Positions 1 to 13,488 of a DNA stretch of 64,000 nucleotides are shown piece by piece. This stretch comes from Mytilus edulis. Lineage: Eukaryota. Position numbers and translations under genes: made by a program. Each line of letters starts with the position of its first letter. The first letter of the stretch is position 1. A model generated the notes under the pieces. It was not told the origin of the DNA and ran no database searches. It saw only the letters and a list, made by a program, of their open reading frames with translations. The stretch spans positions 38,936,001 to 39,000,000 of the forward strand of contig NC_092350.1 of assembly GCF_963676685.1 (NCBI RefSeq), read 5' to 3'.

Positions 1-1326
1 TTATCTTATAGTTCGTTTCTGTGTGTGTTGCATTATTGTTTGTTTGTGTGTTGTTTTTTTTTTGTTGCACTTTAGTATAAGCCTGGTCCCTTTGATAACT
101 ATTTTCACAGAATTTCACTAAATAACGTTTTTGAAAGTCAAATGTCTCCAAATATGCTTTGAAACCTACGAAAAACTGAAATCTCTAACTGAACATGACT
201 ACAGGGTTAAAGAATGTACATCATTAAATTTCACGACTTGCGTCGCATTGTCATGCTAACTTTAAAAAATCAAATACGGAATGCTTACCCGTTTAATTTT
301 GGTGAATTCGACAAATGATTTAAATAAAGGCAACAGTAGTATACCGCTGTTCAAAACTCATAAATCCATGGACAAAAAACAAAATCGGGATAACAAACTA
401 AAATCGAGGGAAACGCATTAAATATAAGAGGAGAACAACGACATAACACTAAAATGTAACACACATAGACAAAATCCCACGAGAATAATATATATAACAT
501 CAAAACCAAATACATGAATTTGAGATAGACAAGTACCGTGACACGTCTTATCGCAATGTGAATTTACACTCAAAAATAAGAGAAAACAAACGACACAACG
601 TTATAATGTAATACACACAGAAACGAACTATAATATAACAATGACCATATTCCTGACTTGGTACAGGGCATTTTTAAAGGAAAAAAAGCTATGAAATGAA
701 AACATGAGAATGTGAAAAAAAAATAAAAAATATTAATTTACCTATCCAAAGCGAGACAAATTTGCTTGACGATATAACATCAATTTCCTTTCAATTATGC
801 ATGCACAAACACTCAGTTTTGTGAACGTTCTGTTTCAGAACAAAAATACAAAATTCAATTATGGCACCGTAATTAAGAAGTAAAATCACAAAAAAAATAT
901 CTCCAAGGAAAATTTCACAAAGGAAAGTCCCTAAGCAACTGCCAAAATCAAAAGCTAAAACAAAGCAAACAAATTGATAATAACTGTCATATACAACACT
1001 TGGTACAGTCATTTTCTAAATAGCCTTTCGGAACCGTCAAGTTCCATTGACGTGAACGGATCCGGTTGTTCTTCTAAGAGTTCATGTCATTTGTTTGTAT
1101 ACCTTGGTGTGTATATTACGGATAAATGTGTTTTGAACTACTGACTACAGACACATGTTCATTCACATTAACTTAGTTGTTCTTGTGTTTCTTTATATCA
1201 ACAGTTGTCATTGTTTATCAACCATTCACAGACAATACAGAGGACGAAAAGGAAAAAAAACCCTGAAAGCTATGAAGTATAAATGTTGATGTCCATTCGA
1301 AAAATTTAATTTTAATTTTTAATGAT

Positions 1327-3921
1327 TTATATGGTGTATTTTCTTTGCTTTTGCTTACAACACAAAAATGAATTCCAAATTCGTTTTTCCTGAACTTCGA
1401 TTAAAAACGTCAACAAACTTCCGGATAAAACTATGATACCCAAAAGCCAAAACCACTGACTGGGATTTTGTTCTACAAACTGACGCCATAATGTATTCCA
1501 TACCAGAGCTCCTGCATTTCCTCCTGCTCCAACTAACCCCGCAACAATGCCTACGTGAGAAGGCAGAACATACGGTACGATGGCAAATGTTGTTCCTTCG
1601 GACATCTGGACAAACATGCTGAAAAATATCATTACGGCAATAGACGTGGATATAGTAGACATCTGACTAAATATTATCAACATTATACCTTCACCTACTA
1701 AGCAGGTGAAATGAGCAACTAGACGGCCTGCAATACCTAAATATTTTCGCATTATGTCTGAGTAAATTCCTCCCATGGCCCTAGCAAAGAGATTCATTAA
1801 ACCAAACAATGATGCAATCAAACTTGCAGCATCTTGATCTAGGATACTACATTCATTTGTGTCCATCTCTTTAACTTCACTCGTCATTGTTGTGATTGTA
1901 ATGTTAGAGAATGAATTGCACTCTTCTACACAACCCTCCTTTTTAAAGTTGTACAGGAAATAAAGGTTCATGACGGTATTGACAGCAATTTCTATTCCAA
2001 AACACATCCCATACTGTATCACCAAAACTAATATAGTTATCACGGACAAAAATATGTTGCTTTGATTAGATATGTGTTTGTCATTGTTGTTCCGAATCTC
2101 TGATGATAAAGGCTCAAATTTCGTTCCGTCAATGTTTGTTTCCTTTACAGCTGAAAAAAAATACAGGTAGACATTTTTTATTGGTGGTAATTATTTATCA
2201 GTTGAACAAATATAACTATGGTGACGATGTGATGTCGAAAAGAACTTTTAAAATATACAGTGTACCATAAATCCAATTACTTCTAACTTTGTCATGTATC
2301 AAATTGGTTTAAAAATAAAAACACATTTGAATATAACTTTATACATGCTATGTTTTCAAAGCGCTTTTCTCGATTAATCTGTATCAGTAGCGCTTAAATC
2401 TACAAGTTAAATCCAAAAATATATACTTTACCTTTATTTGCATTCTTGTCTTTATCTGAGATGTGCTCGAATCCTTGGTTGTCGACTCCTTGCTTTTGAT
2501 TTGTTTTGTCTACAGAACATGTTGGTGCTGTTGGCAATAGCCGATTGTCCCAATGTCCTTGTGGACAATCATCAGATGTGAAAATTATAGAAATACCTGA
2601 AAAACAGTGAGTATTCTATTTTCATGTTGATAGTACTTTACAAATAACATATTGCTTCGACAAACTTCGGTTATAGGCACCTAGTTTATGAACATAAAAA
2701 CAGATTTTAAAGATTGACAGATATTTTATTTTAAGTATCGTAATTGTAATATGAGTCCGGATTCAAATACAAATTCTCAACATTTGGCATTGTGTACCAA
2801 AAAAGGAGGCAAATTATAGCTGAGAGTGTCGGCGTGTTGCTGTGTCATTTTGTCTGATCATTCATAAATTTATTATAGGTAGTCATGTATACCTTGATAG
2901 CACGAAAACCTTTAGTCAAAAGTAATCGGAGATTAAAAAAATAACAATATGAGAGAACACTATTTGAATAATAAAGGCAACAGTAGTATACCACTGTTCG
3001 AAATTCATAAATCGATTGGGAAAAACACTATAAAAGTAAATTTAAGCAACTATAAGTCACCGTTTGTTTTTCAACAGTTGACAACATTAAATACCAGTTG
3101 TTCATACAAACGCTCCCTTCCACTTGCGTGTATACTATAAAAAAATATATATGATGCTATAGGAAACCAAAATAAAACATCATAAAAGAGGTTTATGTGA
3201 GTATAATTGATTTGGTAAAGATATCATCAATCTATGTTTTGTTTAAAAAAATCATATTGATTTTTAAAATTTTTGACGTACCTGTTAATACACAAATTAC
3301 TGATGGAACGACGACTGCTAATTTCCATGCCAGAAATTCGTCTGCTCCTATAACTTTCATCAACTGAAATAATCCTGGCATCAATATGAATGTGAATCCT
3401 CCCCCTAAATTACCCCACCCACCAGCTATGGCATTAGCTGTTCCAACAATCTTCGAATTAAACATGGCTGAAGTCCAGAATTGACAAGGAACAAACGTTC
3501 CACCTAATATTCCAACAAAAAAACGTAAAACGATAAGCCCCGTACCAGTTTTTATTACGCCTGCTAGTGCCATTGGTATAGCACCTGTAATCAAAAGGCT
3601 ACACATTATTTTTCGAGGTCCAAACTTGTCACACATTGGTCCAATTATCACTCGAACTGCAATTGTAGCGGCAACACTAGCAATTCCAGAGTTAGCAAGA
3701 TCTGTTTTAGATAATTCCAGCTCTTTTCTTATAGTGGGGAGAAGAGGTTGAATACCAAACCATGACGTGAACGCAACAAAGAAACAAAACCATGACGCAT
3801 GGAAGCTTCGCATATGTGGACGAGCAATGCTGAATAATCTAAATTGTTTTGCTTTGCCAAGATCATCTACTTCTACCTTTTTGGCTTGAATTTTCCTCAT
3901 AATATTTGTACAACACGACAT
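1327..3921 (-). CDS. NRT2: Nitrate/nitrite porter (NNP/NRT2 family, MFS), paralogue A; 3 coding exons, ~542 aa
   Basis: Exons 3921-3282 (640 nt), 2596-2432 (165 nt) and 2150-1327 (824 nt) join through GT-AG phase-1 introns into 1629 nt of open frame. Motifs: FRLFSIARPHMRSFH..W N-terminus, TM2 Arg (AATIAVRVIIGPMCDKFGPRK), nitrate signature GTANAIAGGWGNLGGG, DDCPQG after TM6, TM8 Arg (FGLMNLFARAMGG), second signature GIVAGLVGAGGNAG. An acceptor AG at 3940-3939 implies an upstream 5'UTR exon. Confidence 0.93.
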
Positions 3922-5119
3922 CGTTTTTTGAGTATAATCTGAAAATTAGAAGCATTGGTAGTATTATAGAAGTTATTTAAAGATACTAGGCTTACAATTT
4001 ATTTTTTCGCTAGACTCGCGCGTCGTCTGCATATCAATTGTCAGTAGTGCTTGAGGAGTTGGAAAGTTGGATATATTATAGACGGTATAGACAGGGTAGC
4101 TTTATGTTCTAATTGCATATGAGTATTCTATGTTAGAGTTATCAGATCAAATTTTGTTGATAGATAGTACAGTCTGTAGTGTCTATAGTCAACCTATCGT
4201 TTCTGTCTATGCGTCACAAATATTGGTAACACAAAAACAGCGTATACCCTAAGAACTGCAGATTTAATAGAAGAACTCCTAATGAGATTTTAGATCTATT
4301 TGTCTTATTCTTATTTTCTGTTTTAATTGATTTTTGTTAAGTTAATTGGATCCTCTTTTTAAAAACAATAACGTACATTACAATTATCGGAATGACGGAA
4401 ATTTTTTATTTGGAAAAGGGGCTTGCATTTAAGTTCTGACAGACGGGTTTTTTTTTTGTCATTTGGCCTCTTTGTTTCCAGTTTTGGTGTATCAGCTTTA
4501 ATCCGTTATGTATATACCTCTCTTGGTTTGTTTCACATTTTTTGCATCCAGTGACCATTTATAGATAACTGCATTATATGTTTTTTTATAACTATTATTG
4601 AACACCGAACGGTGTATACTAGTAGTTGTTTACATCTTTGCCTTTAGTTTTTAGTTATTAGTTGTCACATATCATCTCATATTATTTCGGTTATTATACA
4701 CCTTTGCTTTCAGATATTCGATTTTTTTATTGAAAGAAATTCAGCAAAGCGCTTTGGACGCATGAAGTGTTTAAATTTCTTTTTTGGATTTTTGATCAAG
4801 CAATGTGTCATGTAGACTTCGGTTGATATGTAGTGTTTTAACTATATAGATGTGGTATGAGTGTCAATGAGATACCAATTAAAAAAAAGTTAAACCATTA
4901 GGGTCAAAGTACGGTCTTCCAAACGGAACACAGCGACCAGCAAGCTATAAAGGGCCCCTAAATGACTAGTGTAAATAAACTCATCATATATACCAGGATT
5001 AAATTTTGTATTTACACCAGACGCCTGTTTCGTCTACAATAGATTCATCAGTGACGCTCGCTTCCAAAAAAGTTAAAAAGACCAAATAAAGTACGAATTT
5101 GAAGAGCTTTGATGGCCAA

Positions 5120-5700
5120 AGGAGTAGGTTCAGTAAGACCCCTTTTTGGCCTCAAAATATAGCAGTTTTACAAAAGTATGAAAATGTAATCTTTAAGCTA
5201 TTTACTGAAAAGTAGAATGCTTCTGCTACATAAATATGGGATATTTTTTGACAATACAATGCACATATATCGGATGCTAGCATCATTAAGTCATGCTAAA
5301 TTACTGAAATCTTCACAATTTGAGCATTTTAGTTAAATTTTCGACGGTTTCCGTCTAAAATGAAAGTGGCCGCATTCGTGTTCATTCATAATATTGAAAT
5401 GTAAGTTGTATTTAATGATAATTAATAACATATATAAAGGTTGAGGATGAACACGGATGCGGCCACTTTCAATTTTGACAAAAACCATCTGAAAAGTGAC
5501 GTTTTTTGGCATATTTGATAGATTTTTCATATTTAAGCTTGAATCTGAGCGTTTTTAATAACTTAATTAGTTAAAATCTTTTACATAAACTAATTGAATC
5601 AATTTGAATAAACATTCCAGTGTTTAAAAAGTGTCCAACATCTTTCGTTCGATGAACTTGAAATTTGAGGCCAAAATCGGCCCTTACCGGACCTACTCTT
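5120..5700. mobile_element. Non-autonomous DNA transposon/MITE nested inside another dispersed repeat
   Basis: Imperfect TIRs ggagtaggttcagtaag / cttaccggacctact, plus an internal inverted pair at 5357-5386 and 5445-5476. It interrupts the dispersed repeat aaactcatcatagataccagg...ccaaa|ttcctaaa...tacagctaagg (4975-5745), related copies of which occur at ~17366, ~20951 and ~24343. Confidence 0.7.
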
Positions 5701-8700
5701 TTCCTAAATGTTTTTCCAAATACAGCTAAGGTTATCTGTTCCTGACGTAAAACAGTTCAATACGGTATTTTTTATCCCTGATATGGTCACTGTTTTATAA
5801 GTGACAACATAAAGGGTTTGTTTGGAAGAAAATAAAATATATCTCATCAACATTCATTCTTCTTAATGTAATTTGTTGATGTATTCCAATGACTGCCTTG
5901 TTAAATAATATTTGAGGTACCATTTTTTCTGCGTACATGCATGATGTACTGCCTTTTTTCTAGACTTAACGTTACACAGTGCGTGTTCATTAATCCCTGA
6001 AACTTTCGTCATAATAATGTAATCGTATTTTACATAGGCCATTTTCGACAAAGTATAGCATCTCATTGTAAAGAATTATTCAAGGCGCAATGTCAATGGC
6101 AGAGCTTATATATCCGTTTTACTCATCTGACTTTAATAGAAAATAAGAAAAAGACACATATCCCTAAATATAAGCTGAGTAAATAATACAAAAATTGAGA
6201 GGGAAAAGTCAAATAATCAGAAAAATTAATCTCATCCGGCTTCGAATGCATGAATAAAAAATGCATACATATTGGGAGGTAAATTCAATTATTACATGAA
6301 GTTACCTCAATATTATTTTTTCATCCTTTTCAAAATGTATACAGGATATCTGGTCACAAATATCACATTGTGGTAATGGGAATGAACTTTTTTGTGTGAG
6401 TTTTTGATTGTCATATGACAGACTGTCAAGCGGGTCTTTGATATTTGAAAAAAATACAAATGTACGGTTGATTTACACATATGCTTATAAAATATAATGA
6501 TATATAATTCTGCGTCAAAAATTCGTAAATGGTGACCCCGCTTGCAAGTAACGTTATTAAACGAACATAACTTGAAACAGAAAAAGAGACTACACCCACT
6601 TCGAGCTTGATATGCATTTTGTGCTAAAAAGTATTCTGTATAAGTCTCATAACATTTTGTTGAGGCAAACAAACGTCATAACGGAAAGCAATTTTGGGAC
6701 GTAGGTACGAGTGAACAAATGGACATACAAGAATAACACTTAATACCCTCTCCGGTGACGGCTGAGCCATATAAAAATAACACAGATTAATTGGTATGCG
6801 TTAAGAAACAGCCAATAAAATATAAGTAGGAGGTGCACAATGCAAATTTTGTACAAGAATATTTTTTCAAAGTGACAATCCAGTCAATGGTTTGATAGGT
6901 TGTGGACAAAAATGTCTACTCTAAATAGGATCACCCTCAGTTTTGTAGGGGTTCGTTCTGTTCAGTCTTGTGTTTTGTGTACACGTTGTTTTATGCTGGT
7001 CTCTTCACGTTTAAAAGCCATGGTGTTGTCAGTTTATTTTCAACTAATGAGTTTGAATGTCCTTTTGGTATCTTTCGCCTCTCCTTTTCTACTCGTATCA
7101 AATAAAAGTTAATAACAAATTCGGATTTATATTTTTAGTAAGGAACGCAATCAAAATGAATAATCGTAACAAAATTAATTTAAAAATGCAATTTCTTGTA
7201 TAAAGTATAAAGACGGCTTGTCGTATTGAATTATTATGTCGTTTGTCAATTGATTTTGTTTTCATCGATGAATTTTTTAGCGATGAAAAAAATTGACGCG
7301 TTCTGATAAATGCTTTGTAGGAGTAATTTTTATATCGCTTATCGTAGTATAACAACTTATTTTTAGTCGAGCAAACATTGTAAGTTGTATCGCAAACATG
7401 AATGTTTCATGCTCTTGTATTAGTATACGTAATATTTGTTTGCTTATTACAATGTTAATCTTTCGTGTGTAAGTTAACAATTGATGTATAATAAGGTCGC
7501 ATTGGTTACTTTGAGATAAAAAAAAAAAAAAAAGGATATTTTTCATAAAAAAAACTCATACTTATATATAGGAAATTGTATAGTATTGTATCAACATGTG
7601 ATTAAAAATTTGTGATATCCTTTGTACTTTCTATAGAAGATTTTGTATTTTGAAAAAAGTAAGGATTTATCAACTTAAGTTAATATGGCCGTATGTTCAA
7701 CACAAATTTTACTAAGCATCCAGACACACCTGTGCACAAATGAAACTCATTTATTTTGGTTTGCGCTATTTTCTGCAGACTGGGGACGGATTTGTAACAC
7801 TTCTTCAGAGCGAAAATTGAAATTATCTCCAGGAGATAGTACAGTCGATAGTGATTTACCGACCGACCAGCGACCTTACTGTGAAAAACATTTCGTATAA
7901 TGTATTTTTGAACGATTATTCAGTATCGGTAATTAGTAAAATCACAAAAATACTGAACTCCAAGGGAAATTCAAAAAGGAAGTTCCGAACCAAATGGCAA
8001 AATAAAAAGCACAAACGCATCAAACGAATGGAAAACAACTGTCATATTCCTGACTTTGTACAAGTGTTTTCTCGTGCAGAAAATAGTGGATTAAACTTAT
8101 TTTATTGCTAACTAAACCTCTCGTTAATTTCAAACCTAATTGATTAAGATTCTTGAAACGAAATTCTATAGTTTTTTATCAGCCCGAAATACATGTCACG
8201 GACTTTTAAAACTAAAGGTTATAAAAGACGTACTATTATGTAGTAGAGAATTGATAAGAAGTAGTGGATTCGTAAACGATAATCAACGAGCGACTTTAGT
8301 CTGAATTTCATGAAAATAATTTCGTCGTTTTTATTGTCTAATAGCTGGAACTGACTAGATCCACACGGTTCACATTTATATTTAACTTATACAAATATTA
8401 TTTGACTTAAATATGTTGTTATCTTCCCTTTTTATTACCAGATTTTGTATTTGCAAATAATTATTTCATTCAACGTTGAATCATTACAAATAATTTATAT
8501 TGATTAGATTTTAGTATTAATAATTCATTCAAAAAGACATATTATCAATATATGGATTTTTTAAAATCTTTTTTGGAAAGTTAAAAAAAATTAATTACCA
8601 ACATTAAAAAACCTTTAATATTTACATATATAGTAATCAGCAACCTAATGAGTAAATTAATGGGAGATATCTCCCATTTGATTGAATTAACAATACACAT

Positions 8701-9240
8701 TCAAAATGACTTAAAATTTAAATGAAGTGTAAAATTTACAATAACACCGCTTCACTAGACACCAGTCGATGATAAAATAGATACAACGATTGGCCTAAAT
8801 TAAAAAATAATATATAAATTTTGTTTATATTTCATTTTTACTATAAAGTTGACGATTTTGTTTCTGGTTTCACCGTCAAGGAAGTAGTTTTACAGTCGTA
8901 GCTAATCACACTTTATTCACATAAGAGTCAGTTAAATTTTGACGTATATTTGGACCATTTATAATCAATCAAAGAAAAACTAAGTGATCATAGTATGATA
9001 TCATTGTAACCATAAAAACAAAAGTAAGCATTTGCTATGATGAAAAGGGAAAGGCCTTGTATCTTAAAAGTGATAACTGTAAACTAATGTGTAAATGGAT
9101 GTTTATTTTATCAAGGAATTCCTTAATTCTATAGTGTTTATATATTTTATTAGATAACAAAAAAGACAGAAATACAGTATATTGACATGCATTGACAGAT
9201 ATACGCTATGAGAGTGGTATTTCAATAATTATTTATATCA

Positions 9241-9320
9241 GCTCTCGTGGTCTAGTGGTATCGTGCATAGGCTACAGACTTTATGGTCGAAAATACGCGC
9301 GAGTTCGAACCTTTCATTAG
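9241..9320 (+). mobile_element. tRNA-like sequence (SINE head or tRNA pseudogene)
   Basis: Pol III A-box tggtctagtgg and B-box gagttcgaacc are present, but the acceptor stem does not close cleanly. Confidence 0.5.
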
Positions 9321-10444
9321 TCATTCGTTTTTGAGAGGATAAAATATCGTACGTTAAAAGTTATGATAGAAGTTATCTTAAGTTAACATGATGGTCAGTG
9401 GATTCTTGAAAAATAATCAAGTTATTGCCTACTCATTTATTATTAATAATACTGCTTGTGCTTAAAATTTCGTCATATTTTATACTCAACATCCCTACGC
9501 AGTTGCTTTCATCTCTATTTTTCTAGTTTGTAAAAATATTTTTAAAAAGCAGCATGTTTTATTGCGTTTTTCGATTTCAGGTAAATGACACAGAGTATTA
9601 CCAATATAGCCGTATATAAGTTTATAAATGTTTTGTTAATCTGAGTATACACCATCTTGTATAATGGTATGTTTGTGGTCTAGTAGAACTTCATCTTGGC
9701 ACAGGAGTTAGTGTCAATCCCTAATGCATTATACTTACTAGGTTAGGAAGATCGTGACATGTTATTCCCTTTTTAAGACGTAATATGAAATATGTTGAAT
9801 GCAACAAAATCAGGACAAGACTATCGCAACGTAAAAAACGAATGGCAAATTGTTATAGCTTGCTGATAAAAGATATTTCGAAATGGATTTCTACCGGTCT
9901 AAACATGTATCAAAATCTTTATAATCCTGAAACTATGTTTATTAAAAAAAATAAGTGGAACGTCATGTGTTCCAGATCTGTCGATGCTGGGATTTACGAG
10001 CTTTGTTATTTCTTGTAAAATATCGTCTGTCTACTGTGTTCAATTTCTTTTGAATGTAAATATGGTTTTGGTATAAAAAAAAAAAACAAAAAAAAACAAC
10101 TATTTACTCTTCCGGAGCACCTGAGATCACCCCAGTTCTTGGTGTGGTTCATATTGCTTCGTCTGAAGTTTTCTTTATTGTTTCTTGTGTATTTGTATTT
10201 GTCTGTTTGTCTTTTTCTTTTTTAGCCATGGCGTTATCAGTTTATTTTCGATCTATGTGTTTGATTGTCCCTCTTGTATCTTTCGCCTCTCTTTTACCAA
10301 CTTTTTTACTATTCCTACTTTTATACATATATGCACAATAAATGTGAAAAACAATTTATGTTTTACAAGGTGCGTCTTAAATGCCAAAAATGATTCATAA
10401 CATATACTATTCTTAGTTCTAGTAATAGTATTATCATTTATGTA

Positions 10445-10609
10445 NNNNNNNNNNNNNNNNNNNNNNNNNNNNNNNNNNNNNNNNNNNNNNNNNNNNNNNN
10501 NNNNNNNNNNNNNNNNNNNNNNNNNNNNNNNNNNNNNNNNNNNNNNNNNNNNNNNNNNNNNNNNNNNNNNNNNNNNNNNNNNNNNNNNNNNNNNNNNNNN
10601 NNNNNNNNN
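10445..10609. other. Assembly gap (165 N)
   Basis: Run of n characters between the two NRT2 paralogues. Confidence 1.
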
Positions 10610-13271
10610 GTTTTGGCTATTATTAATTTTTTTCTATTTTTTTATATAAAATATTTATGACTCACCTTGACAAAAATTGAAAGGAAATAGCAACAGGATT
10701 TACACCTCAAAATATTCAAACCAATAGCATGACCACAAATTGGTTTTTAGTAGAAAAATTGCTTGAAAATACGGATTTAAAACAAGTTATGCTTTCATAC
10801 ACACCAATTAAAGTTGTCTTTTTATATTTAAACAGAATAGTATAATTTTGATGTGGATAAAAAAATCAAAATGTGCAATGATTTGTGTATTTAAGGAGTG
10901 CAACATCCTGCTAAAGTGAAGAATTCTACAGCTCAATTTATATGTGGTTTAAGAGCGTTTGCTTTTGAAATGCTATATTACATTTTTCTCAATGATTTTA
11001 TTTCAAAAGTAGTATATATTGTATAAAATAAAATGTGAACATTCGCATGCTTGTTTTTTTTAAATATATTAAGCTTTCACAAATCTCGAAAAAATTGAGA
11101 TGTATGCTTTAAATTTGAGTCACCTTTATATCATTGTTTTTCTTTCAAGTCTTTTACAATCATGTTCAATTTACTCTAACAATTGTATGCCAAATCATCC
11201 TTATCACTTGTAACAGGAGTATGAAGTTGGATGTCCATAGTTTCACTGGAGGGTGTATTTTAGCAGTTTGCGACCCCCCTGGATATTAAGGTAGACAAAC
11301 TAACTATGTAATGTGAATACCCCAAAAAATTAGAATAAAATAGAAATATTTTATGCGTGATACAGGAGAGGAAAACCCAAGTATCTTTAAAACTGAAAAT
11401 ATCTTAAAAAGATATCTTAAAAGAAGATGTGCTATAATACCACAACAAGTGTTGCTCTCGAAAAAAATATTATGCTACTTACCGAATTAAAAAAAAATTT
11501 TTTTTACTTCTGGGCTTTTCGTTTTTTTGGAATGCCTAAATTGAATAATCCAAAAATCAATATATAAATAGACATCTAAAACGCACAAGAAACAATGTCT
11601 GAATCCTCGATAATGATTTAAAATGTTGTTTTTAAGACAGATATATCTATGATATATACCTTTTGTTGTTTGAAGTAACTCTCAGGCTGTTGAAATTGCT
11701 AACTTCGGATGGTTTCTGACCGTTTCGTCTTGTGATTCATAATATTTGGTACTGGTACATTTTGTATGGCTCTAACTCCCAGCGTTTCACTTCTATTTTT
11801 TTGTTTTGTCGGCTTTACATTGATATAAAAAGTTTTACTGCTGCGTATTGCCTTCGTTACTCCTATCCTCTAGTATTAATCGAAAGATATATTTGAGACA
11901 CTTTTCAATTCAAAGCTATGATAGATAACGAAAATGTAATGACAATAATTACTGAATCATCCAGATTGTATAATGTGTTCTCTAAGATAAATTTCATTTG
12001 TCCTGTCTAAAAGCACGTATAAACACCATGATCAAATATCTAAATTGATAATGCAAAAACATATAATACAAAACACACTTACTAACATATAAAAAAATAT
12101 TTGTATTTGTATTAAAGAAAAGGTTATACGAAAGTAGTGAATAAAGTATATATATATATATATATACCTTTATTATTTAACATTCCTTCAATGTCAAAAT
12201 TTACGAGGAAGTTATCTGACTATTCGAAAGGTAAATAAACATTGATTTGGTTATGTCATAAAACATGAAATGTAAGGTAAAAGGTAAGGTGAGTACGTGC
12301 ATTTCCATATTAAACAACTCTCGTGAAAGTTTTAAGATACCAAGTTATGCTACATATTATTTGCTTCGACACTTATATCATACCTGGGGATTTGAAAAAT
12401 GCCGTTTCAGCAAAATCTGTGATATCAGGTATCTCCGCTCTAATAAAGAGTTTTGTCAGGATAAACTTATTTTCTAGGAACAATGATAATAAGCTATAAA
12501 ATCAGGTTTAATGCACAATTTTCTACTTAAGAAAATGCCTGTACCAATTCAGTTATATGACAGTTGTTTTCAATTTATTGGTGTGTTTGAGCTTTTGATT
12601 TTGCCATTTGCGCAGGAACTTTCTGTTTGTAATATTCCTTGAAGTTCGGTGATTTTGTACTCTACTTTTTAGCAACACTCTTTCCAGTATGTCTTTCGAA
12701 TTGAAGGTTTGTGCGGTCTCATGCCGTTAGAACTCGTGTGATTTCTTAGTTTTTGTTTAAATTTTGATATCTGTTTATTCTGGAGGGATTCACACTATTT
12801 CAACTTGTGTTGCTTCTTTTAAAAATAAAAGTCACGTTAGTTTCGTGGCAAATTTGAGTGATCAAAACAAAGTTTTGTTTCAAATGACAACATAATCAAG
12901 TAAATATTAACATTTGTTATACATTATTCATAAAAACGCATTCTGCTTGTGTTCAACGGCAAAAAGGGGATATCGGTATTGTGTCCATTGAGGTGTTTAT
13001 GGAATGCAGCATATGTCTAACGAAAAGTGCTTATGCTTTTCATATTTAAGTATTATCTGTGGCCTCTAAAATGTTAGTTAGTCTAACACACCATTTCACA
13101 AACACCAAACTGACATGTTGTTTGAAACAAGCTTTCACTTCTAGTGAGCTAATATAAAAATTATCGGAGCACAATCGCATCAAAGTGATTACGATTGTAC
13201 AGAATAACCACTGATATTACGTCAGGAGATCTGAAAAGATTCTTAACAAATGAGCTCAATTTTCTATGATC

Positions 13272-13488
13272 AAAAAGTAAAATCACAAAAATACAGAACT
13301 CCGAGGAAAATTCAAAACGGAAAGTCTCTAATCAAATGGCAAAACCAAAAGCTCAAACACACCAAGCGAATGGAGACAAACTGTCATATTTCTGACTTAG
13401 AACAGGCATTTCTGGTGTAGAAATGGTGGATTAAACCTAGTTTTATAGCTAGCTAAACCTCTAACTAATATAACAGTCGCATCAAATT
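13272..13488 (+). repeat. Abundant dispersed repeat family (other copies at ~878-1016, 7936-8120, 12500-12670 (-), 17554-17680, 43740-43903 (-))
   Basis: Shared core aaaatcacaaaaatac(t/a)gaactccgaggaaaattcaaaacggaaagtc..aatcaaatggcaaaa...caactgtcatattcctgactt. Confidence 0.85.

Noticed and set aside
9241-9320. Functional tRNA gene
   Set aside because: A and B boxes are present, but no convincing acceptor stem or cloverleaf forms; it is more likely a SINE head or pseudogene.
10440-10649. 69-aa ORF
   Set aside because: Artefact of the N gap.
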